Assembly (NCBI GenBank): GCA_965219085.1
Contig: OZ244720.1
Coordinates: forward strand, 2,208,001 to 2,272,000
Length of the DNA: 64,000 nucleotides
Source: Dehalococcoidia bacterium
Lineage (GTDB): Bacteria; Chloroflexota; Dehalococcoidia; UBA2979
Direction: 5' to 3'
Shown one piece after another: positions 1-10,567 of this stretch. Both the position numbers and the translations under genes were made by a program. Numbering within the stretch: position 1 is the stretch's first letter; every line of letters begins with the position of its first letter. Under the pieces are notes generated by a model. That model saw only the letters and a list, made by a program, of their open reading frames with translations, had not been told where the DNA came from and did no database searches.

Positions 1-562
1 CGGTGGTCCGGAGGCGTTCGAGGAGGCCGCGCAGCTCCCGGCGTAACTCGCGCTTGCGTGCCTCGTCGAGCGCGCCGAGCGGCTCGTCGAGCAGCAGCAC
101 CGCAGGCTCCGGCGCGAGCGCGCGCGCGAGCCCCACGCGCTGACGCTCGCCCCCCGAGAGCGCGTCGACGCGACGCTGGCCGAGGGCCTCGATGCCCACG
201 AGCGCGAGCAGCTCGTCCACGCGCCGTTCGCGGCGGTCGCGCGGCCACCTCGCCATGCGCAGCCCGAAGGCGACGTTGGCGCGCACGTCGAGGTGCGGGA
301 ACAGCGCCAGTTCCTGGAACATCAACCCCACGCCGCGCCGATGCGGCGCGCGGCCCAGCACGGAGGCGCCGTCGAGCAGCACGTCGCCGCCCTCGGGGCG
401 GTCGAGGCCGGCGATGAGCCGCAGGACGGTGGTCTTGCCGCTGCCCGAGGGGCCGAGGAGCGCCGCCACGCGCCCGTCGGCGACCTCGAAGCTCACGCCG
501 TCGACGACGCGGCGGTCGGCTTCGTAGGCGTGGGTGAGGTCGCGGACGGTGAGGGTCGCCAC
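1..562 (-). CDS. thiQ: ABC transporter ATP-binding protein, ThiQ-like (runs off left edge)
   Basis: Manual translation from GTG at 562: MATLTVRDL...GPSGSGKTT (Walker A), LSGGERQR (signature), LLLDEP (Walker B); last gene of the TPP-regulated operon. Confidence 0.8.
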   Translation of the reverse strand, partial: MATLTVRDLTHAYEADRRVVDGVSFEVADGRVAALLGPSGSGKTTVLRLIAGLDRPEGGDVLLDGASVLGRAPHRRGVGLMFQELALFPHLDVRANVAFGLRMARWPRDRRERRVDELLALVGIEALGQRRVDALSGGERQRVGLARALAPEPAVLLLDEPLGALDEARKRELRRELRGLLERLRTT

Positions 563-569
563 GGGTGCC

Positions 570-2312
570 TCAAAACTCGCCGATGTCGCGGTAGCGCACG
601 CGCTCGATGAGCAGCAGGGCGGCCGCCGTGACGGTCATGAGGATCGTGGCCATCGCCAGCGCCTGCCCGAGGTTCGCCGGGCCCGGGCGGCCGAGGGACG
701 TGTAGATGGCGACGGGCAATGTGGCGAACTCGCGGCGCTGCAGCACCGCCGTCGCGCCGAACTCGCCGAGCGAGATGACGAACGCGAACCCCGCGCCGAC
801 GAGGAGCGCGCGCCACGCCAGCGGCAACTCGACGTAACGCCACGCGGCGAGCGGCGACGCGCCGAGCACGCGGGCTGCCTCGGGCAGCCGCGGGTCGAGC
901 GTGCGCAGCACGGCGAGCACGGCGCGCAGCACGAACGGGTAGGCGATGAGCGCGTGGGCGATCACGATCAGCCACGGGGAGCCTCGGAGGTCCGTGACGC
1001 CGCGGTTGAACGTGATCAGGAACCCGAACCCCAGCACCACCGCCGGCGCCGCGAGCGGCGCCATCAGCAGCCCGTCGGCGAGTGCCGCGAGGCGCCCTCG
1101 CGAGCGCGCGATCGCCGTCGCCGCGAGCGTGCCGAGCACGACCGCGAGTAGCGCCGCGCCGCCGGCGAAGGTCACGCTCCAGCGCATCGCGTTCACGGGC
1201 TCGACGAACGACAGCCGGCCCGAGTCCTCGAACGCGCGGGCGAAGTTGGCGGCAGTGACGCCGCCCAGTGTGTCTCCCGATGCGCCGACGGTGAACGCGC
1301 CGTGCACGAGCGCCGCGAGCGGCGCGACGATGAGCAACCCGAGCACCACGGCCACCCCCAGCGCGAGCGCGCGCTCGGCCCACGAGGTCTCGCGCAGCGG
1401 TCGCGAGCGCTCGCTGCGCTGGGTCAGCGGCCGGGCGGTGCGGCGCTGCAGCAGCGAGTAGGCGCCGAGCACGGCGACCGTAGCCGCGATCTGCACGGTC
1501 GACAGCACCGCCGCCGCCGGCAGCTCGACCAGGCGGATCGCGAGGCGGTAGATGACCACCTCGAGCGTGTCGAGCCCTGGCCCGCCCAGCACGAGTACGA
1601 CGCCGAACGAGGTGAACGAGAACACGAAGACGAGCGCCGCCGCCGAGGCGATCGCGGGCGCGAGCGCGGGCAACGTGACCTCGCGCAGCGTCGCCCAGCG
1701 CCCCGCGCCGAGCAGGCGCGCGGCCTCCTCGGTGCGCGGGTCGAGGTTCGCCCAGACGCCGGCGACGAGGCGGATCACGATCGAGACGTTGTAGAAGACG
1801 TGTGCCGCGAGGATCGCCCAGATCGTGCCCACCACCTCGACCGGCCCGAGGCCGAACCACGCGAGCGCGTCGTTGAGCAGCCCCTCGGGCCCCGCGAGCT
1901 GCTGGAATGCGAGCGCGACGACGAGTGTCGGGAGCACGAAGGGCACCGTGACGAGCGCCCTCGTCACCGCGCGGCCGGGAAAGCGGATGTGCGCGAACAC
2001 GTACGCGGCGGGCAGCCCGACAACAAGCGCAACGGCCGTCGAGGCGACGGCCTGGGCGGTCGTGAAGACGAGCCGCTCCCAGTAGTAGCCGTCGCCGAGC
2101 ACGTCGCCGATGGCGGCGGCGTCCGGGACCCCCTCCGGGGCGAGGCCGCGCCAGAGGATCGTGGCGAGCGGCCAGAGCAGCAGCGGGACGAGCAGCACGA
2201 GCACCGGCAGCGCCCACGGCCAGGCCCTCGGCCCGCCCGCGGGCGCGTCGGCGCCGCTCGCCCGTCGCGCCAGCACTCGCAAACGCGGGGATACCCCGCG
2301 GGGCTCGATCAT
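570..2312 (-). CDS. thiP: Thiamine/iron-type ABC transporter permease (two EAA domains)
   Basis: Highly hydrophobic; two EAA loops (EEAARLLGA, PEAARVLGA); ATG overlaps the stop of the binding-protein gene (ATGA). Confidence 0.85.
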   Translation of the reverse strand: MIEPRGVSPRLRVLARRASGADAPAGGPRAWPWALPVLVLLVPLLLWPLATILWRGLAPEGVPDAAAIGDVLGDGYYWERLVFTTAQAVASTAVALVVGLPAAYVFAHIRFPGRAVTRALVTVPFVLPTLVVALAFQQLAGPEGLLNDALAWFGLGPVEVVGTIWAILAAHVFYNVSIVIRLVAGVWANLDPRTEEAARLLGAGRWATLREVTLPALAPAIASAAALVFVFSFTSFGVVLVLGGPGLDTLEVVIYRLAIRLVELPAAAVLSTVQIAATVAVLGAYSLLQRRTARPLTQRSERSRPLRETSWAERALALGVAVVLGLLIVAPLAALVHGAFTVGASGDTLGGVTAANFARAFEDSGRLSFVEPVNAMRWSVTFAGGAALLAVVLGTLAATAIARSRGRLAALADGLLMAPLAAPAVVLGFGFLITFNRGVTDLRGSPWLIVIAHALIAYPFVLRAVLAVLRTLDPRLPEAARVLGASPLAAWRYVELPLAWRALLVGAGFAFVISLGEFGATAVLQRREFATLPVAIYTSLGRPGPANLGQALAMATILMTVTAAALLLIERVRYRDIGEF

Positions 2313-3400
2313 CGGAGCATGATCTCCGTCCACTCGCGGATCCAGCGGTCGATGTCCTCGGCCGTGAACTCGATCGAGGCGGTCTCGACCTCGACGTCCG
2401 CCCAGCTCCACCACTCGGGCAGTTCGAGTCCGCCGATCACCGGGTAGACGAACATCGTCTCCGGGATCTGCTGCTGGAACGCGTCGCTCAGCATGAAGTC
2501 GATGAACTTGCCTGCGAGGTCGGCGTTCTCGGCGCCGTCGAGGACGGCGGCGGCCTCGACCTGGCGGAACAGCGGGCTGGGGATGACGTTGCGCGTCGGC
2601 GGCTCCGTCAGTGGCTCCTCGGAGAAGAAGAACTCCGCCGCCGGGCTCGAGGTGTACGAGACGACGAGCGGCCGGTCGCCGCCGTAGATGCTGAAGTGCG
2701 TGTAGTAGGCGTCGCTCCAGCCCTGCTCGACGCGCACCTCGTTCGCGCGCAGGTCACGCCAGAACTGCTGCCACCGGCCCTCGCCGAAGTAGGCGATGGT
2801 GGTGGCGAGGAACTGCAGCCCGGGCGACGAGGTCGCCGGGTCCTCGACCACGAGCTTGCCGCGCCACCGCCGCTCGGTCAGTTCCTCGAGCGTCGAGGGT
2901 GGCTCGCCGGCCTCCGGGTCGAAGTTGAGGTCGACCCATCCGTAGTCGATGGGCGTCAGCAGCAGCGAGTCGCCGAACGGTGCGCGCAGGTCGGCGGGGA
3001 TGTCGCCGCGGCGCGCCGACTCGTACGCGCGGAACACGCCCGCGGCGACCGCGCGCTGGTAGCTGAGGTTGTCGACGCCGTAGAGCACGTCGCCCTCGGG
3101 GTTACCGGCGTTGAGGATGGCGCGGTTCACCACCTCGTTGGCGTCTCCGCCAGCGATCAGCTCGACCGTGGCGTTGTGCTCCTGCTCGAACTGCTCGATG
3201 AGCCCATCGCTCACGTCGAACGAATCGTGCGTGATCACGACGAGCGTCGTGGGTCCTGCGGGCGTGGGCGTCGCCGTCGGCGCCGGTGGCTCGGCGGGCT
3301 CGTCAGGTTCGTCGCCGGTACATGCCACGGCGAACGCGGCGAGCAGCGCGGCGACGAGCAGTGCGAGGCTGCGGGCTAGCGGCAGGCGTCTTGCAGGCAT
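2309..3400 (-). CDS. thiB: Thiamine ABC transporter substrate-binding lipoprotein
   Basis: Lipobox FAVAC; motifs THDSF, GVDN, DPATSSPG, GWSDAY, VVSYTSSP typical of ThiB/TbpA; downstream of a TPP riboswitch. Confidence 0.9.
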   Translation of the reverse strand: MPARRLPLARSLALLVAALLAAFAVACTGDEPDEPAEPPAPTATPTPAGPTTLVVITHDSFDVSDGLIEQFEQEHNATVELIAGGDANEVVNRAILNAGNPEGDVLYGVDNLSYQRAVAAGVFRAYESARRGDIPADLRAPFGDSLLLTPIDYGWVDLNFDPEAGEPPSTLEELTERRWRGKLVVEDPATSSPGLQFLATTIAYFGEGRWQQFWRDLRANEVRVEQGWSDAYYTHFSIYGGDRPLVVSYTSSPAAEFFFSEEPLTEPPTRNVIPSPLFRQVEAAAVLDGAENADLAGKFIDFMLSDAFQQQIPETMFVYPVIGGLELPEWWSWADVEVETASIEFTAEDIDRWIREWTEIMLR

Positions 3401-3464
3401 CGGGCTCCTCCCATGCTGGGGAGACCGCTGCCTGAGTCCGTGAAGGTAGGTACTGGCAACTGAA

Positions 3465-3551
3465 CCGCATCCCTACGCACGAATGAACGTGATCAGGTTC
3501 CAGGGGTTGGCGCGCTCGACGCCTCTCAGCCCGTATGGGCACCCCCAGCGG
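3465..3551 (-). ncRNA. TPP riboswitch
   Basis: Minus strand reads GGGGTGC...GCTGAGA...ACCCCTGGAACCTGATC..GTTCAT..GCGTAGGGA, the THI-box consensus, upstream of thiB. Confidence 0.93.
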
Positions 3552-3748
3552 CCTCGGTGGGTTGCGTGGAGGCTCGCACCGCTGCGCCGATCGGTCAAGC
3601 GCGCTTGCGTTCAGTGGGACGGCGTTACAGGCGTTCGTAGAGCCCGGTGGGCCCGGCGGCGACGTCGACGAGGTGCGGATCTATCGACGGCTCGATGAGA
3701 CGCGCTGAACTGAGCGTACTCCCTTTGAAGTGGGCTAATACCGGTACG

Positions 3749-4174
3749 CTAGTGAAGTGCAGGCATGGGCGGAGGCTCGCGACCCTCATCCCTGGCCAGC
3801 CGGCTCTCGCGCTCCCAGGCCTCCCAGCGCTCCTGCTGCTCCTGCCGACCCCTCGCAAGACCCTCGGCGCGAGCCTCTTCCTGTAACAACCGACGGTACC
3901 TGGCTGCCAGCACGATGATCTCTACCCCTTCCAGCGCAACGTAGACGACCGCAGCGCTGACGACGACCCACGCCTCCAGCCCGATCACTGTGCTGTTCAG
4001 CCCCGAGCCTGGATGCTCAAGGACAGTGAACAGCCCTGCTACCAGCAGCGCAACAAACAGCATCAGCGCAAGAACAGGTCGCTGTGTTGGGAAGCTGATG
4101 GGCTGGATGTCCTTCCGCTCCCGCGTGCCCCAGTGTACCGGAACGGGACAGTTATCGTAACGTGTCTGTGTCAC
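3749..4174 (-). CDS. Hypothetical small membrane protein (start uncertain)
   Basis: Two hydrophobic segments followed by a charged tail (EEARAEGLARGRQEQQERWEAW...PPPMP); lower GC than flanks. Confidence 0.5.
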   Translation of the reverse strand: MTQTRYDNCPVPVHWGTRERKDIQPISFPTQRPVLALMLFVALLVAGLFTVLEHPGSGLNSTVIGLEAWVVVSAAVVYVALEGVEIIVLAARYRRLLQEEARAEGLARGRQEQQERWEAWERESRLARDEGREPPPMPALH

Positions 4175-4195
4175 TATGAGCGTGTTGCGAACGAA

Positions 4196-5827
4196 TCAAT
4201 GCGAACGTACCAGCGCCTCCGCGATCTCCCGCGCCAGCGCCCCCGGCGACCGCGACGCATCGAGGGTGACCGACGCGCCCTCGCCGTCTTCGACCGGCTC
4301 GAAGCGCTCGCGCTGCGACGCGTACACGTTCTCCGTCGCGTCCGAGGTGCGTAGCGGGTCGTCATCGCGCCCCGCGATGCGCGCGCGGGCGTCAGCCTCG
4401 TCGAGCCGTAGCTCGACGATGAGGCACGGCGCGCCGTGCTCGGCGGCGAGTGCGCGCGCCTCGTCGCGCTCCGATGCGCGCCCGTGCATCGCGTCGATCA
4501 CGACCGCTCGCCCGGCTTCGAGGTGCTCGCCGGTGCGGCGGCGCAGCTCCTCGTATGTGCGCTCGGTCATCTGCGGCGCGTAGAGGCCGGCGCCGAACGC
4601 GTCGCCGGCCCGCTCGCGCGGGTCGATGCCCGCGATCTGCTTGCGCACGATGTCCGAGGAGACGTAGGCCGCGCCGATGCGGCCCGCGAGCGTCCCCGCC
4701 ACGGTCGACTTGCCCGTCGCCGGCAGGCCGCACATCACTACCACCGCCGGTTCGGCGTGCCGCTGCCCGTAGCTCACGGCCAGGCGGAAGAACCGCGCCG
4801 CCGAATCGGCGAGGGCGCGGCGCTGCTCCTCGTCCACCTCGGGCGCGTGCGCGCCGATCGACTCAACCTTGCCACGCACGAACGCGCGGAAGGTGCGGTG
4901 CAGCGGCTGCAGCACGCCCATCGTCTCATCGCCCGCGGCGGCGATGTAGCGCCCGGCGATCTCGTCGCCGAGTTCGGGGTAGCCCACCGCCGCAAGGTCC
5001 ATCGCGAGGAAGGCGATGTCGTACCCGGCGTCGAGGTAGCGGAAGTGGTACCACTCGCTGAACTCGATGCAGTCCACGATCGCGAGCTCCTCGGCGTCGT
5101 CGTCGAGGACGTAGACGTGGTCGGCCCGAAGATCGCCGTGGCCCTCGATCACGCGCCCGGCAGCGAGTCGCGCGTCGAAGAGCGCCGCCTCGCGCTCGAG
5201 CTGCGATGCGACGAAGGCGCGCGTGGCGGCGGCGTCCTCGGGTGTCCACGTGTCGCCGATGAAGCCCTCGGTCTCGGCGTACTCGCGCGACCACCACGCG
5301 GCCTCGCCCGCCGCGCCCGCGAAGTCCGGGTCGTTCGCGACCACCTCGGCGCGTTCGTGGTAGGAGATGAGCCGACGCACGACGTGCTCGGCGATGCGAG
5401 GCGGCGCTCCGCCGGCCGGCAGCAGTTCACGCAGCGTGCGGTCGTCCGGCAGCCGCCGCATCTGCACGCACCACTCGACGACCTCGCTGCCCGCGGGCAC
5501 GGGCGAGCCGGCGGGGAGCACGGCGATGCGGCCGCCGGGGTAGCGCACGATGGGGCCGACGCCGAGGTAGACGTCGGGCGCGAGACGGCGATTCAGTCGC
5601 ACCTCCGCGTGGCAGAACGCCTCGCGGCGCTCGGGCGCGACCTGGTCGATGAAGCCGAAGTCGACGGGCTTCTTCGTCTTGTAAACCACGTCGCCCGCGA
5701 GGAAGACGTACGAGACGTGCGTCTGCCGCAGCTCGACGTCAGGTGGCGGCGAGGGGTAGGCGTCGGGCCGCAGCAGGGCGCGGACGTACTCCGGGAGCAC
5801 CTCGGCGGCGGGGGCGTCCCCGGGCAT
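4196..5827 (-). CDS. Bifunctional aminoglycoside-phosphotransferase-like / AAA_33 kinase protein
   Basis: THVSYVFL, HGDL and DCIEF kinase-fold motifs plus C-terminal P-loop GLPATGKST; start taken at ATG 5827. Confidence 0.85.
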   Translation of the reverse strand: MPGDAPAAEVLPEYVRALLRPDAYPSPPPDVELRQTHVSYVFLAGDVVYKTKKPVDFGFIDQVAPERREAFCHAEVRLNRRLAPDVYLGVGPIVRYPGGRIAVLPAGSPVPAGSEVVEWCVQMRRLPDDRTLRELLPAGGAPPRIAEHVVRRLISYHERAEVVANDPDFAGAAGEAAWWSREYAETEGFIGDTWTPEDAAATRAFVASQLEREAALFDARLAAGRVIEGHGDLRADHVYVLDDDAEELAIVDCIEFSEWYHFRYLDAGYDIAFLAMDLAAVGYPELGDEIAGRYIAAAGDETMGVLQPLHRTFRAFVRGKVESIGAHAPEVDEEQRRALADSAARFFRLAVSYGQRHAEPAVVVMCGLPATGKSTVAGTLAGRIGAAYVSSDIVRKQIAGIDPRERAGDAFGAGLYAPQMTERTYEELRRRTGEHLEAGRAVVIDAMHGRASERDEARALAAEHGAPCLIVELRLDEADARARIAGRDDDPLRTSDATENVYASQRERFEPVEDGEGASVTLDASRSPGALAREIAEALVRSH

Positions 5828-5831
5828 GGGC

Positions 5832-7760
5832 TCAGGCGTAGATGTCGAGGCGGTCGCGCGTGAGCCGTTCGCCGAAGGTCTCGCGCAGCACGTCGAAGCG
5901 GTCGATGTCGACCTCGCTGACGAAGGAGATCGCCTTGCCATCGCGGCCGGCGCGACCCGTGCGGCCGGTGCGGTGCACGTACTCCTCGGCGTTGTCCGCG
6001 GCGTCGAAGTTCACGACGTGCGTGATCTCGGGGATGTCGAGCCCGCGCGCGGCGACGTTGGTGGCGATCAGCAGGTCGAGCTCGCCGGAGCGGAAGCTCT
6101 GCACGACGCGGTCGCGCTTGCGCTGATCCATGTCGCCGTGCAGTGCGCCGACCTTTACGCCGAGCCCGTACAGTCGCTCGGCGAGGCGGTCCACACCGCG
6201 CTTGGTGCGGGAGAACACCAGGGTGCGTCCACGCAACTCGCGGTCGATGAGCTCGCGCAGGCCGCGCACCTTGTCGCGCTCCGCGACCTCGAAGTAGACG
6301 TGGTCGATGGACTCGACGGTCTCGAGTTCGGAGGCAACGGCGATGGTCTCGGGCTGGTCCATGTACCGCCGCACGAGGCGCATCACGTTGTGGGGCATGG
6401 TGGCGGAGAAGAGCGCGGTCTGCCGGCTGCGCGGCGTGCGGCCGAGGATATGCGTGATGTCGGGCAGGAACCCGATGTCGAGCATCTGGTCCGCCTCGTC
6501 CAGTACCGCGTAGCGGATGCCGCTCAGCGAGAGCGTGCGACGCCGCAGGTGGTCCTTGATGCGCCCCGGTGTGCCGACGATGACGTGCGGGTTGGCGTCG
6601 AGTGCGCGGAAGTCGCCCTGCAGGGCGTGCCCGCCGAGCAGCCCGACGGTGCGCAGCCCGAACGGCCGCCCGATGTCGGTGAGCACCGCGAGCACCTGCT
6701 GCGCGAGCTCCCGCGTGGGCACGAGCACGAGCGCCTGCGCCTCGGCGCGCGAGGGGTCGAGCCGTTCGGCCATGGGGAGCCCGAAGGCGAGCGTCTTGCC
6801 GGTGCCGGTCTGAGCGATACCAACGACATCAAGACCCTCGAGCAGCACGGGAATGGAGCGCGCCTGTACCGGCGTCGGCTCGGTGAAGCCCATCTCCATC
6901 ACCGCGGCGAGCGAGCGGTCGGAGAGGCCGAGCGCCCGGAACGCCTCTGGCGCTACCGCGGGGTCGACGTGGAGTTCGGGCGGGCTGTCCTCGATGGGAT
7001 CGTCGGCGACGTCGGCATCCGTCTCGTCTGGCGCCGGGTCGGGCGCGGCGCCGTTGTCGTCGCCGTTCGAAGAGCGGTTGCGGCCGCGTCCGCCGCGGCG
7101 TCCGCGCCGCCGCCGACTCGCCGGTGTGGGCTCCGATGTCGGGTCGGCGACGGCTTCATCCGTGGCGGCCGTAGCCGTGGGAGATTCGTCGGCCCGATCG
7201 GGCGGCTCCTCCGGAGCGCTGGGGGCGGGGGGCGCATCGCCGTTGCCGAGTACGGGCAGGTTGCGCTGGCCGCCGACCCACACGCGGGGCGTGGTACGCG
7301 GGCCGGGAGGCCGCCGGCGGCGGCCGGGCAGGATCGTGTCGTCGCCGCCCTCTGCGGCCGGGCGGAACGCCACGTCCTCCGGCAATGGCTCATCGAGGTT
7401 GCGTCGCTGCGGGCGGCCGCGTCTACGGTCATCGCGACCACGGCGGTCGTCGCGGCCACGGCGGTTGTCGCGACCACGGCCGTCGTCCCGGCCACGGCCG
7501 TCGTCGCGGCCACGGCGGCGGTCCTGGCTGGTCGAGCGGGTCGAGGTCTGGTCGTTGGTTCGAGGTCGTGAGTCGGTCAGGGTTTGCGTGGTCGTGGTTC
7601 CTTCGTGTTGCTGGGCGTCGTTGCGCCGTCCGCGGCCGCGTCCGCCGCGTTTGCCGCGCCGGCGCTTGCGGCCGGGCTCGGGGGGCGCCGAAGCGCGCTC
7701 AGCCGTGATGCGGGGTGGTGCGAGCAGATCACGGATGCGGCCGAACAGGCTCACCGGCAT
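5832..7760 (-). CDS. DEAD-box RNA helicase with long disordered N-terminal extension
   Basis: Q motif, AQTGTGKT, PTRELA, DEAD, SAT, ARGLD, HRTGRTGR. Confidence 0.93.
   Translation of the reverse strand: MPVSLFGRIRDLLAPPRITAERASAPPEPGRKRRRGKRGGRGRGRRNDAQQHEGTTTTQTLTDSRPRTNDQTSTRSTSQDRRRGRDDGRGRDDGRGRDNRRGRDDRRGRDDRRRGRPQRRNLDEPLPEDVAFRPAAEGGDDTILPGRRRRPPGPRTTPRVWVGGQRNLPVLGNGDAPPAPSAPEEPPDRADESPTATAATDEAVADPTSEPTPASRRRRGRRGGRGRNRSSNGDDNGAAPDPAPDETDADVADDPIEDSPPELHVDPAVAPEAFRALGLSDRSLAAVMEMGFTEPTPVQARSIPVLLEGLDVVGIAQTGTGKTLAFGLPMAERLDPSRAEAQALVLVPTRELAQQVLAVLTDIGRPFGLRTVGLLGGHALQGDFRALDANPHVIVGTPGRIKDHLRRRTLSLSGIRYAVLDEADQMLDIGFLPDITHILGRTPRSRQTALFSATMPHNVMRLVRRYMDQPETIAVASELETVESIDHVYFEVAERDKVRGLRELIDRELRGRTLVFSRTKRGVDRLAERLYGLGVKVGALHGDMDQRKRDRVVQSFRSGELDLLIATNVAARGLDIPEITHVVNFDAADNAEEYVHRTGRTGRAGRDGKAISFVSEVDIDRFDVLRETFGERLTRDRLDIYA
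7426..7515 (-). repeat. Five 18-bp tandem repeats encoding (RGRDD[G/R])n
   Basis: Units such as cggtcgtcgcggccacgg repeated five times in the helicase N-terminus. Confidence 0.85.
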
Positions 7761-7954
7761 TCCTCAAAGTCACGGGCATGCGAGGGGGCACAAGTGCTCG
7801 CCGGAGTGGAGCCCGGCCGTCGAACCCGTAGCGGTGTGCGAACAGTGCGGAACCCGACGCTCTGGGGGCCGGGCGACGCCGTGTGCTGCGTCATCGAGCC
7901 TGAGTATAACAAGTCTTGCGCTGCGCGATAGAGAGCCATTCGCTCCGGGCCCGC

Positions 7955-8827
<873 letters not shown>

Positions 8828-8874
8828 GGCGCGATGATAGGGCGGCGCACGGCGTGCGCCCAGCCGCCCCGGAG

Positions 8875-9867
8875 CTAGTCGCGCTCCGGCCGCAGGTGCC
8901 CGCCGAGGGGTGCATCGAGGGTGAGGCGCTCCTCCACCGGGAGGAAGCACACCAGCTCGTCACACGCCTGGTAACGCACCTCGATGCCGATCGGGACGCT
9001 GTCGTCGCCGTCGGGCGCTTCGCCGTTGCGGTAGGAAAGCGGCACGCGGATGTGGATGTCACCCTCGAAGACCTGCAGCTCCTCGCCGACACCCTCCACG
9101 AACAGCGGGCGCGTCGCCGGCATGATGGGCGTGTCTGCCCGTAGCCCCTCGGGGCCCGTCACGGTCACGCTCGTCGCGACGAGGCCGTCGGGCACGGGTT
9201 CGCCGTACGCATGCTGCCCCGCGGGCAGGTCGATGCGCACGAGCAGGTCGACGCGGCGGAACGGCTTGAGTTCGCGGCTGCCGAGCGAGGCGCTGACCGC
9301 GCCGCCGCCGTCGGCCGACGGGTAGCCCTCGAGGTCGTACCACTCACCGAGGTCGCCGCGGATGATCATCTCGGCGCTCTCGCGCACCCGGTAGTTGGTG
9401 TTGAAGTGCTTCTGCGCGATGCGGCCTTCGGCGTCGGTGAGGTAGGCCCCGGGGAACGGCATGCCGTAGAGGCGATGGTCCTCGGGCACATCGGTGTTGA
9501 GGATGCCGTACTGGTTGATCACCGCGGCGCCGGCGTCCGACAGCACCGGGAAGGTGACGCCGTAGCGCTCGGTGAAGCGCGCGATCACCTCGGTCGGCTC
9601 GGGCGAGACGGCGATCACGCGCACGCCCGCCTCGGCGAACGCATCGACGTGGTCCTGCAGCTCCACGAGCTGCGTGCGGCAGTACGGTCACCAACTGGTG
9701 CCGCGCACGAAGACGAGGAAGGCTCGACCGCCCCCGCGCGCCTCGTGCACGTCGACCTCGTTGCCGTGCTGGTCGGTCAGGGTGAAGCCGGGCAGCGGCT
9801 CGCCGATGTCCGGCCCGCTCGCGAAGGGCCTCACCGGATCGGGCGAGGCAGCCTGGGATGTCGTCAT
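8875..9867 (-). CDS. Probable selenoprotein: AhpC/TSA peroxiredoxin-like (UxxC) domain fused to a DsbD N-terminal-like domain
   Basis: Reading through TGA at 9688-9690 gives FVRGTSW-U-PYCRTQLVEL and joins two ORF-track fragments in frame; downstream hairpin GCAGCTC-GTG-GAGCTGC; C-terminal YQACDELVCFLP. Confidence 0.82.
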
Positions 9868-9981
9868 GGGTGTGGGTCCTTCACGCGCGGATGAACGCTT
9901 CGCACATATGATCCTAGATGATCCTGGCAGCGCCCGTTCTCGTTGCGGCGGATACTGGCAAGCGGAACGGATCGGACACCG

Positions 9982-10413
9982 ATGGACGAGATCCCGCTGG
10001 AGAGGCCCGGGCGCCCGGCGACGCCGTTCGAACGCCTCGGCGGCCGTGACGCCCTCCACCGCATCATCGACGACTTCTACGGGCGGATCGGCGCCGACCC
10101 CGAGCTGCGCCCGATCTTCCCGGCGGACCTCGTGCCGGGGCGCGAGAAGCAGAAGCTGTTCCTGGAGCAGTGGCTGGGCGGCGAGCCGCTGTACGAGCGA
10201 GCGCACGGCCCCCCGATGATGCGACGCCGCCACCTGCCCTTCGCCATCACCGTGCCCGCCGCAGAGCGCTGGCTCGTCCACTTCGGCGCCGCCCTCGGCG
10301 CGGACGGGACGGACGCGAACCTGGCGGGGGAGATCATGACCGCGCTGCGCCCGGTGGCGATGCGGATGGTGAACACGCAGGAGGTGGAGGGACCGCCTGC
10401 GGCGGGCGGGTAG
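9982..10413 (+). CDS. Truncated hemoglobin (group II globin)
   Basis: FERLGG..LHRIIDDFY..I..DPELRPIFP, FLEQWLGGEPLY..HGPPMMRRRHLPF, ERWL. Confidence 0.9.
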   Translation: MDEIPLERPGRPATPFERLGGRDALHRIIDDFYGRIGADPELRPIFPADLVPGREKQKLFLEQWLGGEPLYERAHGPPMMRRRHLPFAITVPAAERWLVHFGAALGADGTDANLAGEIMTALRPVAMRMVNTQEVEGPPAAGG

Positions 10414-10417
10414 GGCT

Positions 10418-10436
10418 TTCTATCAAGTTGATAGAA
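10418..10436. promoter_or_regulatory. AT-rich palindromic operator upstream of fic
   Basis: TTCTATCAA-G-TTGATAGAA perfect inverted repeat, with further TGATAG half-sites up to about 10562. Confidence 0.55.
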
Positions 10437-10567
10437 GTTGAGAGGTGATTGATACTTGTGCGGCCCTGGCCGTGCTGGCCCGCGGCAGGCGTGGCGGGGC
10501 ATGGCGAAAGGCACTGTGATAGACTGGTATCAACCCGATAGATGCTGATAGGTGATTGATAGTCGCC

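Noticed and set aside
9688-10281. Separate 197-aa ORF, and a separate 263-aa ORF at 8875-9666
   Set aside because: Better explained as one gene starting at 9867 with UGA readthrough.
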